DNA of 15,526 nt. It comes from Tubiluchus corallicola. Lineage: Eukaryota > Animalia > Priapulida. The notes beneath the pieces were generated by a model, which searched no databases, had not been told where the DNA came from, and was given only the letters and a program-made list of their open reading frames with translations. The stretch's first letter is position 1. Each line of letters begins with the position of its first letter. Shown here in pieces: positions 8,750 to 15,526 of this stretch. The translations under genes and the position numbers were made by a program. The stretch spans positions 1-15,526 of the forward strand of contig JAQGDQ010002509.1 in the NCBI GenBank assembly GCA_030141605.1. Reading direction: 5' to 3'.

Positions 8750-9886
8750 ATGAAAAGAAAAATTGTTAAAGTATTTATTTTTGCAGTACTACCTGCATTT
8801 TTATTTGGAAACAATTACAGAGCAAAACTTCTAGGAGATCGATCTGGGAACATATATATAGGAGAAAATATTGATACTTATTACCCTTTAGCTTCTCTTA
8901 CAAAGATGATGACTGGCGTAATTGTACTTGATGCTATAAAAAAAGGAGATATTAGTTATACTGATGCTATCCCTATAAGCTCTAAAATAGCTCTAATTAA
9001 TGGAAGTAAGGTTAAATTTAATGTTGGAGAAAGTGTAAGTGTAGAAGATTTATTAAAAGCAACATTAATATATTCTGCTAATAATGCTGCCCATGCTCTT
9101 GCTGAGCATGTTGCTGGAGATGTGGATACTTTTATAGACTTAATGAATCAAAAAGCACAAGATTTGGATATAGATGTTAAATATGATACGCCTTCTGGTT
9201 TACCTCCTCACATGACAGGTAGAAAAATGGATATGGGGACTGCTAGAGGAATATATAAATTATCTTTAGAAATACTTAATTATAACGATTATATAGACAT
9301 CTCTTCAATGAAGCAAACTAAAATAAGAAATGGTAAAACTACTATAAAAAATAGAAATAACTTACTTGATGAAAAAGGAATATATGGAATAAAAACAGGA
9401 TTTCATAACGATGCAAAATTTAACATAAGCGTTGCTTCAAATTTAAATGATTTAGATACAATTGTAGTCGTATTTGGTTCACCTTCATCAAATAAAAGGA
9501 AGGAAGTAGTAAAAAATACTATTGATGATTTTTTTGATAACTATGAAAATACTACATTACTTGACAAAAATATCCCTATAGGCGAGCTAGATAAAGACAT
9601 CGTAAAACAATCAAAGCAAACACAAGTAAATTTGTACCCAGATAAAGATTTCAACTATTACATAAAAAAAGATGATAAGGTTGAATATAAAAATATTATT
9701 GACAAAGATTTAACACTTCCTTTAGAAAAAGGAAACGATGTTGGACGTTATTCTCTAATTATAAATGATCAATTCATTCACCAAGGAAATCTTCTAGTGC
9801 ATGAGAATGTTCAAAAAAAAGAAAATGTAAGATTTATTATTAATAGAGTAATAAATATTTTTAAAGGAGTCAGACTAATAGAATAA
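8750..9886 (+). CDS. D-alanyl-D-alanine carboxypeptidase (peptidase S11, low-MW PBP)
   Basis: GGAGG SD; signal peptide; SxxK (ASLTK), SxN (YSANN) and KTG (IKTGF); PBP5-like C-terminal region followed by an amphipathic tail. Confidence 0.9.
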   Translation: MKRKIVKVFIFAVLPAFLFGNNYRAKLLGDRSGNIYIGENIDTYYPLASLTKMMTGVIVLDAIKKGDISYTDAIPISSKIALINGSKVKFNVGESVSVEDLLKATLIYSANNAAHALAEHVAGDVDTFIDLMNQKAQDLDIDVKYDTPSGLPPHMTGRKMDMGTARGIYKLSLEILNYNDYIDISSMKQTKIRNGKTTIKNRNNLLDEKGIYGIKTGFHNDAKFNISVASNLNDLDTIVVVFGSPSSNKRKEVVKNTIDDFFDNYENTTLLDKNIPIGELDKDIVKQSKQTQVNLYPDKDFNYYIKKDDKVEYKNIIDKDLTLPLEKGNDVGRYSLIINDQFIHQGNLLVHENVQKKENVRFIINRVINIFKGVRLIE

Positions 9887-9923
9887 ATTATTTGCATAAT
9901 TCATTTAATTAAAGGAGTTATTT

Positions 9924-10304
9924 ATGAAAAAAATAGCTTTAATTGCTCATGATTCAAAAAAAGATGATTTAGTAGCTTTAGTCAAAAAACATAGGGATTT
10001 TTTTAAGCAATTTGATCTAATTGCTACTGGCACTACAGGAAAAAGAATAAATCAAGCAACAGATCTATTTATACAAAAATATAAATCTGGGCCTTATGGT
10101 GGAGATCTTCAGATAGGAGCAGAAATTGCAAATGATTCTGTTTTAGCATTATTTTTTATAAGAGATTTACTCTCTCCACAACCACATGATCCTGATATAA
10201 ATGCTCTTCTTAGAATAGCTGATATTCATAATGTTCCTATCGCTACAAATGTTGCAACAGCAAACCTAATCATTAACGGATTAAAAGAAAAGTTAGATTT
10301 ATAG
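9924..10304 (+). CDS. mgsA: Methylglyoxal synthase
   Basis: IALIAHD..K, ATGTTG, SGPYGGDLQIG, PHDPD and IATNVATA motifs; AAGGAG SD. Confidence 0.95.
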   Translation: MKKIALIAHDSKKDDLVALVKKHRDFFKQFDLIATGTTGKRINQATDLFIQKYKSGPYGGDLQIGAEIANDSVLALFFIRDLLSPQPHDPDINALLRIADIHNVPIATNVATANLIINGLKEKLDL

Positions 10305-10323
10305 ACTTTTTATAGGAGGAATT

Positions 10324-10830
10324 ATGGAATTTATAATATTGTTTATTGCTTTAGTATATGCTTTTTTATTAATAAAAAAAGACTCCATGGATAAAAAAAC
10401 TATAACTACTGATCAAAATGAAAAAGATAAACAAGCTGAAATCTTTTCTTTTGAATCAATCTCAGAATTGAAAAATAGTAAAATGTCTCACTATTTAGAA
10501 AAAAATAAAAATACAGAAAATACAACTAAAGATTTAGACGGCAAAAAATTAATAGAAAATGCCCGTAAAGAATATGCTGAGCTTTTAGAAATTAGAAAAA
10601 ATAATTTAAGTGATTATGAAAATGTTATGTACATGGTTGAAGAAGCTTTTGGAGATAGTACTTTATCAAATATCAATAAAGCAGAAGGATATGTTCTCTT
10701 AGGGAATATTTTAGAAAATTTATCAAAATATGAAAGTGCTGTTAACTTTTATATTAAATCATTAAAGTTTTTGCCATCAGATGAAGTAGAATTAAAAATA
10801 AAAAACTTAACTAAAAATAAATATTTATAA
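10324..10830 (+). CDS. Hypothetical protein with an N-terminal membrane anchor and a C-terminal TPR-like repeat
   Basis: AGGAGG SD; hydrophobic residues 3-17; AEGYVLLGNILENLSKYESAVNFYIKSLKFLP fits the TPR pattern. Confidence 0.7.
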   Translation: MEFIILFIALVYAFLLIKKDSMDKKTITTDQNEKDKQAEIFSFESISELKNSKMSHYLEKNKNTENTTKDLDGKKLIENARKEYAELLEIRKNNLSDYENVMYMVEEAFGDSTLSNINKAEGYVLLGNILENLSKYESAVNFYIKSLKFLPSDEVELKIKNLTKNKYL

Positions 10831-10847
10831 GTAATAGGTGATGATAG

Positions 10848-11576
10848 ATGCTATTTTTTTTATTAGGAGCTATCTTAGGAAGCTTTATTAATGTTTGTAT
10901 AATAAGAGTACCTAAAAAAGAAAGCATTATTTTTCCTAGTTCCCATTGTGTGCTATGCAATTATAAATTAAAATGGTATGAAAATATACCCATTGTATCT
11001 TATATATTTTTAAGAGGTAAATGCAGTAATTGTGGCAACAAAATATCTCCTAATTACATTATTATTGAAGCTTTAACAGGGTTAGTTTTTTTATCTATTT
11101 ATATAAAATATGGTATTTCTATAGAAATGGTTATTTATATTGTTCTTTTTTTATTTTTAATAATTTTATCTTGTATTGATCTAAAATACATGATAATACC
11201 AGATATATTAAGCTTATCTTTGATTATTTTAGGTATCTTATTCTCTATTTTTAATAAAAATATTAGCATTGAAAATGCATTTTTAGGAGGGGCTACTTAT
11301 TCATTATTCTTTTTTCTAATTTATTCTTATGGAGATTTTTTATTAAAAAAAGAAGTTTTAGGAATAGGAGATGTCAAGTTAATGATAGGCATAGGAACTT
11401 TTATAGGGTATAGGGGTTTTTATAATCTTTATATCCTTTTTACCATTATATTTGTATTAGGCGCACTAATCTCTTTATTTTTAATTGCCACTAAAGTAAA
11501 AAGTAAAAAAGATTTTATAGCTTTTGTGCCTTTTATCAGTATTGGAACTTATATATTTTTTTTAATATTTATATAA
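10848..11576 (+). CDS. Type 4 prepilin peptidase (A24A family, PilD/ComC-like)
   Basis: GSFINVCI.RVP; two CxxC motifs (CVLC, CSNC); candidate catalytic aspartates in IDL and GIGDVKL; C-terminal FVPFI. Confidence 0.9.
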   Translation: MLFFLLGAILGSFINVCIIRVPKKESIIFPSSHCVLCNYKLKWYENIPIVSYIFLRGKCSNCGNKISPNYIIIEALTGLVFLSIYIKYGISIEMVIYIVLFLFLIILSCIDLKYMIIPDILSLSLIILGILFSIFNKNISIENAFLGGATYSLFFFLIYSYGDFLLKKEVLGIGDVKLMIGIGTFIGYRGFYNLYILFTIIFVLGALISLFLIATKVKSKKDFIAFVPFISIGTYIFFLIFI

Positions 11577-11630
11577 ACTCTTTGTATAAATATTAACTCT
11601 AAATTAGAAAAACTGGAAGGAGCAGTTGTA

Positions 11631-14333
11631 ATGAGCTTTTTAAGAAAAATGTTTGGAACAAAAAATGATCGAGAATTAAAAAGAATTAGTAATATTGTTG
11701 ACAATATAAACTCTTTAGAAAATTACTTTGAAACATTTAGCAACGAGGATTTAAGGTTGAAGACAGATGAATTTAAAGATAGGATAAAAAATGGAGTTGA
11801 GCTAGATAAAATTTTACCTGAAGCATTTGCTCTTGTAAGAGAGGCATCTAAAAGAGTAATCGGACTTAGGCATTTTGATGTACAACTTATTGGAGGGATA
11901 GTACTTCATGAAGGTAAAATTGCAGAAATGAAAACAGGTGAAGGAAAGACTCTAGCAGCTACTTGCCCAGTATATTTAAATGCCCTTTCTGGAAAAGGGG
12001 TGCATGTAGTTACAGTTAATGAATACCTTGCTAAAAGAGATAGCGAACAAATGGGTAGAATATATAACTTCTTAGGCCTTTCATGTGGTGTTATTTATAA
12101 CAGAATGCCTGAAGAAGATAGAAAGGAAGCCTATAATTCAGATATTTTATACGGTACTAACAGTGAATTAGGTTTTGATTATCTAAGAGATAACATGGTT
12201 AGTTCTATTGATAGAAAATCTCAAAGGGATTTAAATTTTTGCATAGTTGACGAGGTTGATTCAATACTTATTGACGAAGCAAGAACTCCCCTTATTATTT
12301 CAGGGCCTTCATCTGATACTACAAAATGGTATAAAACCTTTCAACAAATTTCATTAAAGCTAACAAGAAGTTATGAAACAGAAGTTATAAAAGATATAAA
12401 AAAGAAAAAAGAACTAAATATTCCTGAAGAAAAATGGGGAGATTATGAAGTTGATGAGAAATCAAGTACTATTGTTTTAACTGAAAAAGGAGTAAAGCAT
12501 GTTGAAAAATTACTAAATATTGACAATCTGTATTCTCCTAAAAATGTCGAACTTACTCACTATTTAAATCAATCATTAAGAGCTAAAGAGCTCTTTAAAA
12601 GAGATAAGGAATATTTAGTAAGGGATGATGAAGTTATAATAATAGATGAATTTACTGGAAGGGCAATGGAAGGTAGGAGATATTCTGACGGCTTACATCA
12701 GGCTATAGAAGCTAAGGAAAATGTCAATATAGCTGCTGAAAACCAAACACTTGCATCTATTACTATACAAAACTTTTTTAGAATGTATGACAAGCTTTCA
12801 GGAATGACAGGAACTGCAGAAACAGAAGCAGAGGAGTTTTTACACACTTATAATTTACATGTTGTTGCTATACCTACTAATGTACCTGTTATTAGAAAAG
12901 ATTTGGGAGATTTAATATATAAAACTTTAGATGAAAAAACAGAGGCTATCATAACTAGAATAGAGGAATTGCATGAAAAAGGTCAACCAGTGTTAGTTGG
13001 AACTATTTCAATTGCAAATTCAGAACATTTATCTGCTTTACTAAAACAAAGAAACATTCCTCATAATGTGTTAAATGCTAAATTCCATGCAAAAGAGGCT
13101 GAAATAGTTGCTCAAGCAGGAAGATATCAAGCTGTAACTATTGCAACTAACATGGCTGGAAGAGGAACAGATATCATGCTAGGTGGAAACCCTGAATTTA
13201 TGGCATTGAAAGAAGTTGACTCTCTATATGATCCTAATTATAAAGCTATACATGAAAAATATAAGAAACAATGCGAAGATGAAAAGGAAAAAGTAAAAAA
13301 TGCTGGAGGACTCTTTATTTTGGGAACTGAAAGGCATGAGAGTAGAAGAATCGACAACCAGTTAAGAGGGCGTTCTGGAAGACAAGGAGATCCTGGAGCG
13401 AGTGAATTTTATCTATCTTTAGAAGATGAGTTAATGCGGTTATTTGGTTCAGAAAGACTAAGTTCAATGATGGATAAACTTGGTTTTGAGGGAGGTGAGC
13501 CAATTACTCATAAATGGGTAACTAAATCTATAGAAGGAGCACAAAAGAAAGTTGAATCTAGAAATTTTGGAATCAGAAAATCCCTTCTTGAGTTTGATAA
13601 TGTAAACAATGAGCAACGAAAAAGTATCTATTTAAATCGAGATGAAGCTTTAATAAAAGATGATCTAAAAGAAAATATTATTATAATGTTAAAAGAAACT
13701 ACATATTCTCAAGTATCTCAATACTTTGTTGGAGAATCTAAAAACAACTGGGATATAGAAACATTAAGTGAAAGATTATATGAATTATATGGCTATAACC
13801 TTGAAGACAAAAATGAATATAAATCTATGTCTATTGAAAAATATTCAGAGATATTATTTGAAAGGATTTTAGACTTATATAACCAAAAAGAAACTAGCTT
13901 TGGTTCTGATCTTATGAGAAAATTAGAAAAATATATACTATTTGAAATAGTAGATGCAAGGTGGAGAGAAAATATAAAGTCTTTAGAAGCTTTAAGAGAC
14001 GGTATATATTTAAGGTCATATGGGCAAAAAGATCCAGTTATTGAATATAAGCTACTTGCAAGAAACTTGTATGAAGACATGCTTACAACTATAAAAGAAG
14101 AAACTACTTCATTTTTATTTAAAGTTGAAATAAAGGCTAAAAAAGAGCAATCTTTTGAACATGATGAATTAGTAGATGAAGAAAAAATGAGATACTCAGG
14201 TAATGATGGAGATATTGATCAAGAGAGCAAACAAAAATCTACTCCTGCTAAAAGTAATAAGATAGGGCGAAATGATCCTTGCCCATGTGGAAGTGGAAAA
14301 AAATATAAAAAATGTTGCGGAAGACTTATATAA
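11631..14333 (+). CDS. secA: Preprotein translocase ATPase SecA, full length with SEC-C motif
   Basis: [57 protein letters not shown]; C-terminal [18 protein letters not shown]. Confidence 0.98.
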   Translation: MSFLRKMFGTKNDRELKRISNIVDNINSLENYFETFSNEDLRLKTDEFKDRIKNGVELDKILPEAFALVREASKRVIGLRHFDVQLIGGIVLHEGKIAEMKTGEGKTLAATCPVYLNALSGKGVHVVTVNEYLAKRDSEQMGRIYNFLGLSCGVIYNRMPEEDRKEAYNSDILYGTNSELGFDYLRDNMVSSIDRKSQRDLNFCIVDEVDSILIDEARTPLIISGPSSDTTKWYKTFQQISLKLTRSYETEVIKDIKKKKELNIPEEKWGDYEVDEKSSTIVLTEKGVKHVEKLLNIDNLYSPKNVELTHYLNQSLRAKELFKRDKEYLVRDDEVIIIDEFTGRAMEGRRYSDGLHQAIEAKENVNIAAENQTLASITIQNFFRMYDKLSGMTGTAETEAEEFLHTYNLHVVAIPTNVPVIRKDLGDLIYKTLDEKTEAIITRIEELHEKGQPVLVGTISIANSEHLSALLKQRNIPHNVLNAKFHAKEAEIVAQAGRYQAVTIATNMAGRGTDIMLGGNPEFMALKEVDSLYDPNYKAIHEKYKKQCEDEKEKVKNAGGLFILGTERHESRRIDNQLRGRSGRQGDPGASEFYLSLEDELMRLFGSERLSSMMDKLGFEGGEPITHKWVTKSIEGAQKKVESRNFGIRKSLLEFDNVNNEQRKSIYLNRDEALIKDDLKENIIIMLKETTYSQVSQYFVGESKNNWDIETLSERLYELYGYNLEDKNEYKSMSIEKYSEILFERILDLYNQKETSFGSDLMRKLEKYILFEIVDARWRENIKSLEALRDGIYLRSYGQKDPVIEYKLLARNLYEDMLTTIKEETTSFLFKVEIKAKKEQSFEHDELVDEEKMRYSGNDGDIDQESKQKSTPAKSNKIGRNDPCPCGSGKKYKKCCGRLI
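14034..14246 (+). repeat. Left arm of a long imperfect inverted repeat (secA 3' region)
   Basis: Manual codon alignment to the reverse complement of 15314-15526: 213 nt, no gaps, 32 mismatches. Confidence 0.95.
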
Positions 14334-14346
14334 TGGAGGATAAAAT

Positions 14347-14844
14347 ATGAAAAAATTATTATTATTGTTTACCTTACTATTAACTATCGTTTCATGCTCT
14401 GCATTAGGCATTGGAAAGAAAGAAGGCGACTTAGCAAGACTAAAGCTAACTGTAGATAATGTTAAAGATTTTCAAGGGTTTATTGATGAAATTGTCGAAA
14501 CATCTAGACTAAAAATTACAAATCCTGCAAATCATATATTGTATACTATTTCTACTGAAGATGATGAAAATAAACTATTAGAGCTATACACAAAAGATGA
14601 ATTAAGCAAAAGAGAAAGAAAGAAAATAGTTTCTATTTTAAATAGCTGGTTTGAAAATGAAAATTTTTATAATAGTGATGCATGGTTTAATGTTGAAATA
14701 TCTCAAAAAATGGAAGCCTTGGATAACATCTCAAAAGAAAAATCTACTTTTGAAAAAGAAAAATTGATTAATTTTAATTGTGCAGCTTTTCATATTATTT
14801 ATGAGGATTTTTTTACTCCAATATCAACATGGGAAAAAAAATAA
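14347..14844 (+). CDS. Hypothetical lipoprotein
   Basis: GGAGG SD; MKK, hydrophobic core and lipobox IVSC; no recognisable domain. Confidence 0.75.
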   Translation: MKKLLLLFTLLLTIVSCSALGIGKKEGDLARLKLTVDNVKDFQGFIDEIVETSRLKITNPANHILYTISTEDDENKLLELYTKDELSKRERKKIVSILNSWFENENFYNSDAWFNVEISQKMEALDNISKEKSTFEKEKLINFNCAAFHIIYEDFFTPISTWEKK

Positions 14845-14858
14845 AAAAATTGAGAGAC

Positions 14859-15203
14859 TGATATACCCCTAAAAGTAAACAGTAATAAAAAACACTTTTG
14901 TGTTATAATATAACTAATACTTTTTAGGGGGTTTTTGATGCGTAAAAATAGGAATGTAAAGTTTTAGAATATCATAAAATTAAAATACCTCATTATAAGA
15001 CAAGGGGATTGTATAGATAACTCTATTGTGAATGTTTCTTCGATTATTTAAACTCAGAGCATCCAGCCTTACCCTATAGTCTCTCGCCAAAGACATATGA
15101 TTAAATAAAAGAATCAATAGATTGAAATTAAAAGGCCATATCCCGAAAGAATATCGAACTGTAGCCTAGCAGAGTGCTTTTATTTAAGTAAGGGTCAAGT
15201 TCA
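14859..15203 (+). mobile_element. Internally deleted, degenerate IS3-family (IS150-like) remnant, 345 bp
   Basis: Left end TGATATACCCCTAAAAGTAAACAG; right end (reverse complement) TGAACTTGACCCTTAC; GAC on both flanks (14856-14858, 15204-15206). Transposase relics: RQGDCIDNSIV, frameshift, ECFFDYLNSE (14998-15059), and NKRINRLKLKGHIPKEYRTVA* (15104-15169). Confidence 0.8.
14901..14909 (+). promoter_or_regulatory. Extended -10 element (TGnTATAAT) inside the IS left end
   Basis: TGTTATAAT at 14901-14909, followed by AGGGGG and an ATG at 14938 (stub MRKNRNVKF*). Confidence 0.5.
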
Positions 15204-15526
15204 GACTTCCTAGATTTCAAATAAATTGGCCTTCGCAAATAAACCAAAAGACTGCCAGTATGTGTGAAAAGTATGTTTTTACTATCTTCTAAATTATTTT
15301 TTCTATTTCTTGTTGGAGTAGATTTTGCCTTGTCTCCTTGGTCAATGTCTCCATCATTTCCTGAGTATTTCATTTTTTCTTCATTAACTGTTTCTTCATG
15401 TTCAAAAGATTGTTCTTTCTTTGCTTTTATTTGAACTTTAAATAAAAATGATGTTGTTTCTTCTTTTATTGTTGTAAGCATATCTTCGTATAAATTTCTT
15501 GCAAGAAGCTTATATTCTACAACTGG
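15128..15526 (-). pseudogene. secA: Inverted second copy of the secA 3' region (fragment or end of a paralogue) lacking SEC-C; frame open at the window edge
   Basis: Minus strand reads [32 protein letters not shown]...KSTP from 15526, 62/71 aa identical to SecA. Homology ends near 15297, after which the frame runs through unrelated DNA and into the IS right end to a TAA at 15128. Whether it is a pseudogene or a functional gene cannot be decided here. Confidence 0.7.

Noticed and set aside
1239-14411. Minus-strand ORFs in the track (1239-1421, 2288-2575, 5175-5399, 5574-5852, 6800-7018, 7231-7809, 7936-8199, 8413-8652, 13315-13503, 13793-14080, 14196-14411)
   Set aside because: All lie antisense to well-supported genes, mostly with F/S/I/L-rich shadow composition and no recognisable motifs.
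14852-15085. GAGAGACT (14852-14859) / AGTCTCTC (15078-15085) as a split terminator or element boundary
   Set aside because: Only 8 bp, and the right copy lies between the two transposase relics with no T-tract; the TG...CA ends with GAC flanks explain the region better.
15128-15481. A standalone 117-aa gene starting at 15481
   Set aside because: The Met is an internal SecA residue; the frame and homology continue to the window edge.
14034-15526. secA repeat pair as a diversity-generating retroelement TR/VR
   Set aside because: Mismatches are not confined to adenines of one copy (several are C/T), they concentrate at third codon positions, and no reverse transcriptase is present.
1-15526. 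CRISPR array, tRNA, rRNA or riboswitch
   Set aside because: I saw no regularly spaced repeats or recognisable structured RNA; an Rfam scan would be needed to exclude weak cases.

Overview
A very AT-rich bacterial chromosomal segment, almost entirely + strand housekeeping genes. It most likely comes from Fusobacteriota, judged from a SecA insertion and gene order that I recall (not checked by search). Gene order: potABCD polyamine ABC transporter (potA 5'-truncated), terminator and AT-rich spacer, sigma70 promoter, ptsI-ptsH-ispH-rpsA, terminator, D-Ala-D-Ala carboxypeptidase, mgsA, membrane-anchored TPR-like protein, prepilin peptidase, secA, lipoprotein. The last ~700 bp are unusual. They hold a 345-bp internally deleted IS3/IS150-like remnant with TG...CA ends and a GAC target duplication. 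Beyond it lies an inverted, gap-free, ~85%-identical second copy of the secA 3' region that runs off the window edge. Its differences are mostly synonymous, and its homology stops just before the SEC-C zinc-binding motif. This inverted secA tail is the best candidate for something new: an invertible C-tail switch, an antisense/fold-back regulator, an integration scar or a second secA. A perfect 16-bp GntR/HutC-type palindrome over the ptsI -10 box is the best regulatory lead.
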